57,186 nucleotides of DNA from a virus (Duplodnaviria; Caudoviricetes). The DNA lies in IMG/VR virus record IMGVR_UViG_3300012201_000004, positions 1 to 57,186 of that record. One strand, given 5' to 3'. Both the position numbers and the translations under genes were made by a program. The notes under the pieces are model-generated. The model searched no databases and was not told the DNA's origin. It worked only from the letters and a program-made list of their open reading frames with translations. Below, in pieces: positions 8,533 to 16,674 of the stretch. How positions within the stretch are numbered: the stretch's first letter is position 1; the number at the start of each line of letters is the position of its first letter.

Positions 8533-8991
8533 ATGGAAGATTTACCGATGAAGCCGCAACCCGTGCCGCAGACCCAAACGCATGCTCCTCAGAAGCAGCG
8601 CGTCCCTAAGCATCTCGAGCGGTATGAGCGGCAATTCGGCGTGACACACGTTCCTCAACTGAGCACCGCGAAACGGCGGCTCAATCAGCAGGGACAGCCG
8701 CGCACAGGTGAGGGCCAATACGCCAACAAACCGGAGAGCAAGTGGAGGCAGGCCATGAGCGGGCAGCAACCCATAGCGCCTACATCTCTGAAACGGCAAA
8801 AGACGCCCGCTCGTCCTGGGACAACACGGCAACCGTTACTGCGCCTTGCTGCAAAGAAGCGAGCAAGACCGCTCCCGTCAATGGAGGCGATGATGGACAG
8901 GCCATTGCATCACAAGGTGGGATATGTGGTCAGGCGATGGTTCAGGCGCAAGAAGCAACATTTGAGAGCATTGTTTTCACTGAGAGGGTAA
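8533..8991 (+). CDS. Basic, low-complexity hypothetical protein
   Basis: Abuts the ATPase stop; Q/P/R/K-rich. Confidence 0.5.
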   Translation: MEDLPMKPQPVPQTQTHAPQKQRVPKHLERYERQFGVTHVPQLSTAKRRLNQQGQPRTGEGQYANKPESKWRQAMSGQQPIAPTSLKRQKTPARPGTTRQPLLRLAAKKRARPLPSMEAMMDRPLHHKVGYVVRRWFRRKKQHLRALFSLRG

Positions 8992-9009
8992 CGAGAGAGA
9001 GGAAAACGT

Positions 9010-10155
9010 ATGTCGTCAGAATTAATCAATCAGTATGTCAATCATTATCAAGGTGAGAAGTACCCAGGTCTGCCACGCTTGGATTACATGCGTCGGTATC
9101 TAGACGGGCTGGTGTCGATCCTAGAGGGGTATCTCATGACCTTCTCGACGATCCTCATCACCATAGGTATAAGCTTCTCAATGTATGATTTCTTAAGCGG
9201 TGGGACTGCTCTCAACGATCCGAACGTTTTCAAAGTTTGGGCGATTGTTCAGACGGTTGCCATAGATGCGCAATTCGTGAATATGTGGTACCGCCTGAAA
9301 GTCTCATTACGTGAGGAGAAACGTTGGCAGGCAGGAGGGTATCTGGTGTTGGGTGTCACGCTGGCATTTGTGACGTTCGGAGCCTCTGTTATTCCCGCGC
9401 TACAGAAGTCGTTAGGACTCAATTTCGACGCGGCAATTTTGCAGGCTGGACTCAACCCAACCGCAATGATTTGGGCACGTTCTTTTGTCGCTATTCTGCT
9501 AGCTATTATTGGAGCATTCCAGCGTACCGTGATCGTGTTCGATAAGTCCGGTCAGATTAAAAATACCGAACAGAAATCGAACACTGCAACACCCGTGAAG
9601 ACTAGCGTAAAACAGCCTGGGTTTTTTGCCAGAAAGTACACCCAAATCACGGCGCTTCTCGCAAAGAAATCGAACAGGTCACAAGATCCTAATGAGGTCG
9701 TAACCGATGGCGGTGAACCCGCTCTGCAAGTGCAACTAGTAGAGGTACAACCGGAAGTAAAAACGGAACCGCTCACATCTGCTAGCAAAGAGACTAAGCA
9801 GCAGAAACCGGAAGCAACGCCGGTAGTCGGGAGCATCATAACACCACCACAAAGAGAGGAGCCGATAACCGACCCTGAGCTAGACACTGCGAACGTGACG
9901 ACCTTCCCCGTGAGTGGGAGCACAAAGGGGCCAAAAACTACCGTCAAACTGAGTGATATTCCGGTAGCTATCGACATCAACAGCCGCCGTAAACCGCTCA
10001 CCACTTCGGAAGCAATGACGATCCTGGGAGTGTCTGAAAAGACGGTACGGGAGTGGAAGAAGTCAGGGAAGTTAGTAGCATCTGCCGACGGTAAAATGAT
10101 TACCGCCTCTTCCGTACGTAGGATGATAGAGAGCAGGCAGGAAAGAGTGTCATGA
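9010..10155 (+). CDS. 4-TM membrane protein with disordered linker and C-terminal HTH (SpdB/DUF2637-like)
   Basis: Four hydrophobic helices, WAxxxxxAID motif, P/T/E-rich linker, LTTSEAMTILGVSEKTVREW. Confidence 0.65.
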   Translation: MSSELINQYVNHYQGEKYPGLPRLDYMRRYLDGLVSILEGYLMTFSTILITIGISFSMYDFLSGGTALNDPNVFKVWAIVQTVAIDAQFVNMWYRLKVSLREEKRWQAGGYLVLGVTLAFVTFGASVIPALQKSLGLNFDAAILQAGLNPTAMIWARSFVAILLAIIGAFQRTVIVFDKSGQIKNTEQKSNTATPVKTSVKQPGFFARKYTQITALLAKKSNRSQDPNEVVTDGGEPALQVQLVEVQPEVKTEPLTSASKETKQQKPEATPVVGSIITPPQREEPITDPELDTANVTTFPVSGSTKGPKTTVKLSDIPVAIDINSRRKPLTTSEAMTILGVSEKTVREWKKSGKLVASADGKMITASSVRRMIESRQERVS

Positions 10156-10478
10156 AAAAAGCTGAATTGGAAGAGCAGCTTGAACAGCAGCGCGCGGTTA
10201 TCATAAAACAGCGCCAACAGATCGACGCGCTTTCGAACCGCTGGCAAGCAGAGCAAGAGCACTGGCAACACGTCTGCGACGAACACAATGCGATACTGCA
10301 CATGCTTGATGATCTCTTTTCGTTCAAGGTCGGTGCAACGGAGTTCGACGGTGATACGCCGCTGTGGGATATCACCGACCGCACAACCGGAGAGCGTCTG
10401 GTCTCGCAGCAACGGGATAGTGCAGAGGCGTATAGGCTAGCGATCTCGAAGAGGGTCAGCTACCCTCCCATAGAATGA
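10152..10478 (+). CDS. Coiled-coil hypothetical protein, 3' end interrupted by IS-derived element
   Basis: The last codons VSYPPIE come from the element end; excision would give ...AISKR-MEAKP*. Confidence 0.6.
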   Translation: MKKAELEEQLEQQRAVIIKQRQQIDALSNRWQAEQEHWQHVCDEHNAILHMLDDLFSFKVGATEFDGDTPLWDITDRTTGERLVSQQRDSAEAYRLAISKRVSYPPIE

Positions 10479-10846
10479 GAGGGCTTGTATCTCTTCTCAC
10501 TCTTGCCAGTGGATCAGAGAAGGATACATTAATCAGAAGCGAACTCCTGACCGTTGGGCCGGCTGACATCAGGGAGCTACCCTTGCCGTCCGTAGACGGG
10601 GCGACCCATACACCAGGCGAAGCGCAAGCTCTCGACGCCAGAACCGTTACCAATCCTTATAGCGAGGTGTACATGAGCCACAGTGGAGTGACCAGAGGCC
10701 CTCCGCGAGCGGAGCGCACGTTGTCCATCACTGTCGCTTCCTACTTATTCTTCTCAACGTGGGGAAAAGCGGAAGGAGAGCATCTGCGGATGCCCTTTCA
10801 TTCCTCCCCTGCTTTGAAAGCAGGGGTCCCCAGAAAGGAAACATCT
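10455..10846. mobile_element. Second non-autonomous IS200/IS605-type element with highly structured interior
   Basis: Ends GTCAGCTACCCTCCC..GAGGGCTTG and CATTCCTCCCCTGCTTTGAAAGCAGGGGTCCCCAGAAAGGAAAC match the ends of 5117-5555. Confidence 0.75.
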
Positions 10847-10908
10847 ATGGAAGCGAAACCGTAGTGCGTCAATTGAGCAACACAATACAAACGAGAAAGG
10901 GAAAGATC

Positions 10909-11109
10909 ATGGCGTGGCTCAGCAACAACGAGGAAGTGAGAACGATTGTCGTCCCTGACGATTGGAGTATGCCCTACGACCAGGAGAGCGGACACTTGTT
11001 CAACCCGTCCGAGGTGGAAGATCTTGTTGAGAATGGGCAGGTGCTTAATGCAGATGGCACCACTATGACGGTAGAGCAGTTTCAGCAGCAGTGCTATGGG
11101 CAAGACTAG
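10909..11109 (+). CDS. Small acidic hypothetical protein
   Basis: SD GAAAGGG before MAWLSNNEE. Confidence 0.6.
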   Translation: MAWLSNNEEVRTIVVPDDWSMPYDQESGHLFNPSEVEDLVENGQVLNADGTTMTVEQFQQQCYGQD

Positions 11110-11136
11110 CACACGACAGCAGAAAGGATACACATC

Positions 11137-11367
11137 ATGGCATGGTTCAACAGGACAAACAACACTGGTCCAGAGTTACCAACATTCACAGAAGAAGACG
11201 AACTTGTAGGGAAGCAGGCAACAGATAGCGAAGGGACGCCTGGTACCATCACAGCGGTGTACCTCAATCCTGATGGTACGAAATCTGTAGATCTCACGGT
11301 CAAAGGCGGCATCACAGGCCATGTCACCTATGGCGGTCTAGATTCTGAAGAGTACACATTGAAATAG
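11137..11367 (+). CDS. Small SH3-like beta protein
   Basis: SD GAAAGGA; LVGKQATDSEGTPGTITAV. Confidence 0.6.
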   Translation: MAWFNRTNNTGPELPTFTEEDELVGKQATDSEGTPGTITAVYLNPDGTKSVDLTVKGGITGHVTYGGLDSEEYTLK

Positions 11368-11421
11368 CCCACCATCACCTCCCTCACACGGCACTGGTTG
11401 CGATCTCGTCACCGCGCCGTC

Positions 11422-11450
11422 TTGCATCCATGACGCCTGCATGCTATAGT
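11422..11450 (+). promoter_or_regulatory. Extended -10 promoter ahead of the late region
   Basis: TTGCAT-17-TATAGT with TG extension. Confidence 0.6.
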
Positions 11451-11469
11451 TAGCGTAAGCTATCTACGG

Positions 11470-11754
11470 GTGTGGGATAGCGAGGGGTCTACTCAGGAAT
11501 GCAACGACATGACTCTGGGGGATGATACGAAGAAGATGTTAGCGGTGAGGTTTCCGAACTCTTGTCATCTCTTGCCTGAATTTGAAGAAGTGTGCGCAGA
11601 CATCAAGCACAACAATCGGGGAAAGTCCCACGTCGAGTTTAATGCACAAGGACTCGACATTCATGGACGGATCATTGTCAAGTTCTTTGATATCCTGAAG
11701 CGCCGCTTCTGTCATAAAGAGGACGATGGTGAGGACTGTAAACGCATCAGCTAA
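11470..11754 (+). CDS. Hypothetical protein (start uncertain)
   Basis: ORF directly downstream of the promoter. Confidence 0.5.
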   Translation: MWDSEGSTQECNDMTLGDDTKKMLAVRFPNSCHLLPEFEEVCADIKHNNRGKSHVEFNAQGLDIHGRIIVKFFDILKRRFCHKEDDGEDCKRIS

Positions 11755-11757
11755 CAC

Positions 11758-11825
11758 GCCTGTTTCGCGTAACGGGAGCGCGCCCCATTGAGGTGGGGAA
11801 GAACGGTTCGATTCCGTAGCAGGTA
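11758..11825 (+). tRNA. Degenerate tRNA-like element (6-nt anticodon loop, 4-bp T stem)
   Basis: Acceptor GCCTGTT/AGCAGGT, D arm GCGT-AACGGGA-GCGC, CCCCA-TTGAGG-TGGGG, ACGG-TTCGATT-CCGT. Confidence 0.6.
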
Positions 11826-11877
11826 CACCTTCAACAATTGAATACTGAACTGCGTGACAGAACTGTTTAAAAGTAAC

Positions 11878-11917
11878 GACGCCTTTGACTTACGAGAGTA
11901 GGTTGAGGGCGTCTTTT
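11878..11917 (+). terminator. Intrinsic terminator/attenuator
   Basis: GACGCCTTTGACTTAC-GAGA-GTAGGTTGAGGGCGTC-TTTT. Confidence 0.7.
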
Positions 11918-11935
11918 GTTTGTTAAGGGGGAACG

Positions 11936-12166
11936 ATGCATCCAGATGATGTGAAAGACTCAGAGATACCAGTAGTTGAGCACGGGATCACCGTATTGGG
12001 GAACTCTATTGGTACCATTATCGATCATGCGCAGATCATGGCGAAAGAGATTGCACGCGGTCCTGGCGGTCGTGAGGTAGCACTCGCTATCACTAACCTG
12101 CAACAAGCGAGACATTGGGTTGCTGACGCGCTCAGAGAGATTGAGCATCCTTTACCGGAAAAGTAA
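11936..12166 (+). CDS. Small phage protein, Acb2/Tad1-like helical motif
   Basis: GREVALAITNLQQARHWVADA resembles the RExSLAxTxLEEAxMW signature of Acb2/Tad1 nucleotide sponges. Confidence 0.55.
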   Translation: MHPDDVKDSEIPVVEHGITVLGNSIGTIIDHAQIMAKEIARGPGGREVALAITNLQQARHWVADALREIEHPLPEK

Positions 12167-12172
12167 GGCACC

Positions 12173-12415
12173 ATGAAAGACTACGAGAAGCGCGTGATCG
12201 TGCAGTACTTCCAGCAGTCTCACGCACTGCTCAGGGAGATACAGCATCACACGGAGGCGCATCCTGACGAGCCACTCACAGGAGAGCTGGCAGAGCGTGT
12301 ACAACGGCTCACGAGCGACTACGCGGTGTGGGTGTCCGACATGTGCGCGGTGGTCGGTCTCGACCTGGGACGTGTCGATTGGAGCAAGCCACCGTACTTG
12401 TTGCCGGTGTCGTAG
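12173..12415 (+). CDS. Hypothetical protein
   Basis: ORF in operon. Confidence 0.55.
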   Translation: MKDYEKRVIVQYFQQSHALLREIQHHTEAHPDEPLTGELAERVQRLTSDYAVWVSDMCAVVGLDLGRVDWSKPPYLLPVS

Positions 12416-12517
12416 TCGTTATGGAGAGGGAGCAAGCGAGCAGTAGACTACCTCGTCTCGTTCCCCTCTCCTTGCTCAGGTGACGCGCGTCGGGCCTGGG
12501 TTCTCATGTGAGGCAAT

Positions 12518-12658
12518 ATGACAGCACAGTGGCCGCAATGGAGTTACAAACCGAATAGGCAGCTACCGCGACACACGGCGTTGGTGCTGGTGTTGGTCGT
12601 GCCGGTTGTGATTGCGGGCGTCGTTGCGTTGGGCGAATTGTTGAGGATATGGCCGTGA
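12518..12658 (+). CDS. 46-aa single-TM protein (below the ORF-track cutoff)
   Basis: SD GAGG; MTAQWPQW...ALVLVLVVPVVIAGVVALG; stop overlaps the ParB start region. Confidence 0.45.
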   Translation: MTAQWPQWSYKPNRQLPRHTALVLVLVVPVVIAGVVALGELLRIWP

Positions 12659-13518
12659 GTGAACAGCGAATACAGGATCTCAAAGAGAATAGAGTCATTC
12701 CTCTCGCCGCCTTATATCCTCATAATAGAAATTACAAAAGTCATCCACCTGAGCAAATACGCAAAATCAAGGCGAGTCTTGAGCGATGGGGTCAAGTTCG
12801 GAGCATTGTCATCAAAGACGATGGCAACGGCTCATATACCATCGTTGCCGGTCATGGTGTGGTAGAAGCGGCACAACAACTCAAGATGAGCGACCTGCGT
12901 GCCGATGTTTTCCCTCAATGGGTTCCTGATGAAGAAATACTCGGGTATCTTGTGGCTGATAACGAGCTCGGCAATGACGCTGTAGATGATACGGAACTTT
13001 TAGCAAGCCTCCTGCAAGAGCAACAAGATGCGGGGTACGATCTGGCATCAATGGGTAGTGATGAGGAGACGTTGCGGCAGATGTTGGAGAGCCTGGGTGA
13101 TGAGTATGTGGGGGATGGTGAAACGCAAGAGGAGGAGGAAAGTGGAAGTCTCTTATCTTTACTGGACATCACTATAGCCGATCCTCGCCATGTGGTGTCG
13201 TCTGGCGACATCTGGAAGATGGGCAAACATACTCTCGTCATTGCCCATGTCTTCAAGGACTGGCATATCTGGACGCAGTACCTCAAAGATGAGTCGTGTT
13301 TATTCCTTCCGTTTCCTGGCCCGATGGTGGCACTTTCCGATAAGGCAGAGGAGTATACCCTCGTGCTCGTCCAACCTGACGCCTATATCGGCGGGCATGT
13401 GCTAGACCGCTACGCCGATATTCACGGTGAGAAGAGTGTTAAGAAGATTGAGCATGTGCAAGTAAGTGTGTTGCGGGAGGATGAAGCAGAGGTAGAGGAG
13501 GATATGGAGAATGAGTAG
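12649..13518 (+). CDS. ParB/Srx N-terminal domain protein associated with DNA modification
   Basis: LYPHNRNYKSHPPEQI..SLERWGQ..IVAGHG..A, YLVADN. Confidence 0.85.
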   Translation: MAVSEQRIQDLKENRVIPLAALYPHNRNYKSHPPEQIRKIKASLERWGQVRSIVIKDDGNGSYTIVAGHGVVEAAQQLKMSDLRADVFPQWVPDEEILGYLVADNELGNDAVDDTELLASLLQEQQDAGYDLASMGSDEETLRQMLESLGDEYVGDGETQEEEESGSLLSLLDITIADPRHVVSSGDIWKMGKHTLVIAHVFKDWHIWTQYLKDESCLFLPFPGPMVALSDKAEEYTLVLVQPDAYIGGHVLDRYADIHGEKSVKKIEHVQVSVLREDEAEVEEDMENE

Positions 13519-14449
13519 CGTCATCCGTACCGGTGGAGGCACCTTTGACCCACACGAGGAAAACGTATACTTTATCGCTTCGGGCGCTGAACAATTAGCT
13601 ATCGCTGAAGAGGTGCATCATCATCTTCTTATCGCAGTAAATGAAATTGAAAGCAGCGAGTCTTTAGCGTGTTTAGATAGATGGACGAAAGACAATAGGA
13701 AACGCATTTTCCTTGACTCTGGCGTGTTTAACTTGTCTATGTCCTATGCGCGCAACCACAATGTTTCTATGGATACCGCCTTATCTCTAGATCCTACTGA
13801 AATTGATGGCTTTGATAAACTATGGGAGCAATACGTATCACTTGTTCTCAAGTATGGCGATAAATTGTGGGGGTATATCGAGATTGACCAGGGCGGGCGT
13901 GAGAATAAGATTAAGACTCGCGCCAGGCTCGAAGCGTTGGGATTGCGTCCTACTCCCGTATATCACCCCCTTAATGATGGATGGGACTACTTTGATTACC
14001 TGGCAGAGCGATATGATCGTATTTGCTTTGGAAATATTGTTAAGGCGAATGCATCTACCCGTCAACGCCTTATCGCAACTGCTTGGGAACGGCACCGTAA
14101 ATACCCAAATTTGTGGATACACTTTCTTGGCTTAACTCCTAATCAGTGGCTCAATGCTATGCCACTGAACAGCGGAGACTCTTCATCATGGCTTCACCCT
14201 ATTCGTTGGACAGTCTATCCATCATCGTGCGATGGTCAACAATTTAGCGAGATGGGAAGAGGATATCGCTATCTACTTCAGAAGGATGGTGGTGAGACTC
14301 ATGCTGAAAACGGCTCAGCCAAGGCTATTAAACTGTGTGGCTACAAATCTCGTATGGATATGCTTACTTGGAGACGGCATATGAACGATCTGATCTCACT
14401 CGGTTTTGAGAAATATCCCGCGCCGCAATGTGAGGTGACACATGGGTAG
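13511..14449 (+). CDS. dpdA: DpdA-like 7-deazaguanine DNA transglycosylase (TGT fold)
   Basis: IFLDSGVF, EIDQ, PVYH, HFLG and DSSSW motifs; adjacent to queD/queE/folE. Confidence 0.8.
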   Translation: MSSVIRTGGGTFDPHEENVYFIASGAEQLAIAEEVHHHLLIAVNEIESSESLACLDRWTKDNRKRIFLDSGVFNLSMSYARNHNVSMDTALSLDPTEIDGFDKLWEQYVSLVLKYGDKLWGYIEIDQGGRENKIKTRARLEALGLRPTPVYHPLNDGWDYFDYLAERYDRICFGNIVKANASTRQRLIATAWERHRKYPNLWIHFLGLTPNQWLNAMPLNSGDSSSWLHPIRWTVYPSSCDGQQFSEMGRGYRYLLQKDGGETHAENGSAKAIKLCGYKSRMDMLTWRRHMNDLISLGFEKYPAPQCEVTHG

Positions 14450-14786
14450 AATGCTTGCAGTTGTGCGCTTCACGCGTGAGGGCTGGCACTCGTGGCCCGA
14501 CGCGCCAGAGTCACGCGCTTACCTTGCCTCACTGCATCGACACCTGTTTCATGTGGAGGTGCAACTAGAAGTGTTTCATGCTGAGAGGGAAGTTGAGTAT
14601 CACGATCTCCTTGATTTCTGCAAAGAGCATTTCCATGGTGGAGATAGGGGTGGAGTCTCCTGTGAGACAATGGCGAAAGGGTTAGCACAAAGAATTACCG
14701 CTCGGTTTCCAGAGCGGTGGGGGCAGGTGTCGGTATTTGAGGATAACGAGGTGGGAGCTGTTTACTCCTGGGAGGTACAGAGATAA
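14442..14786 (+). CDS. QueD-like T-fold protein, DpdL-like (putative CDG decarboxylase)
   Basis: HxWP, LASLHRHLF (LxxxHRHxF), SCE..A, VSVFED. Confidence 0.65.
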   Translation: MGRMLAVVRFTREGWHSWPDAPESRAYLASLHRHLFHVEVQLEVFHAEREVEYHDLLDFCKEHFHGGDRGGVSCETMAKGLAQRITARFPERWGQVSVFEDNEVGAVYSWEVQR

Positions 14787-14935
14787 TGGTGGGTAGTGGC
14801 AGACGTAACGACAAGTCGGTCTCCATTGGTCAGCGCGTAGACATGACCAAGCTCGTTCTGCTCGTAGTCCTCTACCATGTCAGTATACCCAAGTGTTTCA
14901 ATCAGATTGTCAGCCTGTTCAATAGTGGTGTTCAT
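14762..14935 (-). CDS. Antisense moron-like small protein with its own promoter
   Basis: SD CAGGAG; TTGTCA-17-GATACT at 15009-14981. Confidence 0.6.
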   Translation of the reverse strand: MNTTIEQADNLIETLGYTDMVEDYEQNELGHVYALTNGDRLVVTSATTHHYLCTSQE

Positions 14936-15053
14936 GTTGTTTTTCTCTCCTGTATAATAAAACATTCATTTGATGACTCTAGTATCACCTATCTCGCGCA
15001 ATATGACAAGCGGCTTTACTGGCATATTCTTCCCATTTTTCGAGGGAGTACTT

Positions 15054-15413
15054 ATGTACACAATTAGCAAGCAGTTCGCGTTTAGCGCATCGCACGCGTT
15101 ACTTCATCTTCCAGATGGACACGTATGCAAGAGACTGCATGGTCATAACTACATGGTGGAATTGCTCTTGCGCCGCCCTGCGCTGGATGGGAGCGGCTTT
15201 GTGGTGGACTACAATGACATGAAACCCTTTGGGCTGTACCTTGACGAGCACCTTGACCACCAACATCTGAACGACGTGCTTCCAGACATGCCTCCCACGG
15301 CTGAGAACATTGCGAAACATTTGTACGGGATTGCCTGGGAGATGTTTCACGATGTCGCTATCACGGTACGGGTGAGCGAGACGCCAAAGACTTGCGCAGA
15401 GTACACACAATGA
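15054..15413 (+). CDS. queD: 6-carboxytetrahydropterin synthase
   Basis: FSASH, CKRLHGHNY, LDHQHLN, PTAEN, VSET. Confidence 0.92.
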   Translation: MYTISKQFAFSASHALLHLPDGHVCKRLHGHNYMVELLLRRPALDGSGFVVDYNDMKPFGLYLDEHLDHQHLNDVLPDMPPTAENIAKHLYGIAWEMFHDVAITVRVSETPKTCAEYTQ

Positions 15414-16108
15414 GCAAACTTACCATCTCAGAGTGCTTTGGGCCAACGGTGCAGGGTGAAGGTGCCTTGATCGGGAAGCCCACCGTCTTTGTACGTACTG
15501 GCGGGTGCGAGTATCGCTGTTCCTGGTGTGATACCCTCTATGCCGTCCTCCCTGAATATAAAGACGAGTGGCGGCAGATGAGTACCCAGGAGGTGTTTAC
15601 TGAAATACAACGCTTATCGCCAAAGCCTATTCTCGTGACGCTCTCAGGTGGCAATCCAGCGATACAACCACTCGGAGACTTGATCGACCTGGGACATCAG
15701 CACGGGTACACCTTCTGCATGGAGACGCAGGGAAGTATAGCACGGTCCTACATGCGGCGGCTGGATTATCTCACGTTATCGCCTAAGCCACCATCTAGCG
15801 GGATGAAAACACGGTGGGAGCGATTAGATGGATGCTTCGAGACAGAGGCAAGTGTATTTCTCAAGGTGGTGGTATTCGATGACGCCGATTATGCCTATGC
15901 TCAACATATTCATGAACGGTATCCAACAACGCCAATGTACTTACAACCTGGGAATGCTACACCTCCACATGTGGGAGCATTCGATATCGAAGGGGTACTC
16001 AGTAAGACTCGTTGGCTCATTGAGAAGGTGACACAGGATCAGTGGAATGAGGTCACGGTGTTACCACAACTCCACACTCTTTTGTGGCAAAACCAGAGGG
16101 GGATGTAA
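15410..16108 (+). CDS. queE: 7-carboxy-7-deazaguanine synthase (radical SAM)
   Basis: FGPTVQGEG, RTGGCEYRCSWCDT, SGGNP, ETQG, SPKPPSS, LPQLH. Confidence 0.95.
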   Translation: MSKLTISECFGPTVQGEGALIGKPTVFVRTGGCEYRCSWCDTLYAVLPEYKDEWRQMSTQEVFTEIQRLSPKPILVTLSGGNPAIQPLGDLIDLGHQHGYTFCMETQGSIARSYMRRLDYLTLSPKPPSSGMKTRWERLDGCFETEASVFLKVVVFDDADYAYAQHIHERYPTTPMYLQPGNATPPHVGAFDIEGVLSKTRWLIEKVTQDQWNEVTVLPQLHTLLWQNQRGM

Positions 16109-16110
16109 AG

Positions 16111-16674
16111 GTGTCTGAGGTAAATTATCAAGCGTTGCTTACAATAGGGCGTGAACTGCTACAAGCCATAGGGGAAGACCCTGAGCGAGAGGGGATCAAG
16201 GACACGCCACGTCGTTTTGCAGATTGGTGGAAAGAGTTCATTGACTACCAACCTGGAAGTCTTGATACGTGTTTCGAGAGCATCACGACCGACCAAATGG
16301 TGACGGTATCAGGTATGCGGGTGTGGAGCCTCTGTGAGCATCATCTCCTCCCATTCTGGTGTGATGTCTCTATTGGGTATATCGCAGGTGAACAGGTTTT
16401 AGGATTATCGAAGTTTGCGCGGATCGCTCACAAGTATGCTCATACCTTGCAACTCCAAGAGCGATTATGTCACCAGATCGCCGATGAGATTACACGGATT
16501 GTCGGCACTGAGGATGTGGCGGTGTTAGCGCGTGGGCGACACCTGTGTATGGAGATGCGCGGTGTGAGGACACCTGGACTTATGTCCTCGTCCGTGATGC
16601 GTGGTTTGTTTCGTGATAAGAACGAGGCCCGTATGGAGTTTTTGCAGTTGGTGAAGGAGTCAAGACATGACTGA
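16111..16674 (+). CDS. folE: GTP cyclohydrolase I
   Basis: GEDPEREG, TPRR, SLCEHHLLPF, GLSKFAR, QERL, HLCMEMRG. Confidence 0.95.
   Translation: MSEVNYQALLTIGRELLQAIGEDPEREGIKDTPRRFADWWKEFIDYQPGSLDTCFESITTDQMVTVSGMRVWSLCEHHLLPFWCDVSIGYIAGEQVLGLSKFARIAHKYAHTLQLQERLCHQIADEITRIVGTEDVAVLARGRHLCMEMRGVRTPGLMSSSVMRGLFRDKNEARMEFLQLVKESRHD

Noticed and set aside
10475-10864. 129-aa ORF, or a group I intron (IStron)
   Set aside because: It lies within a structured IS-derived element, has no protein motifs, and shows no P/Q/R/S intron core.
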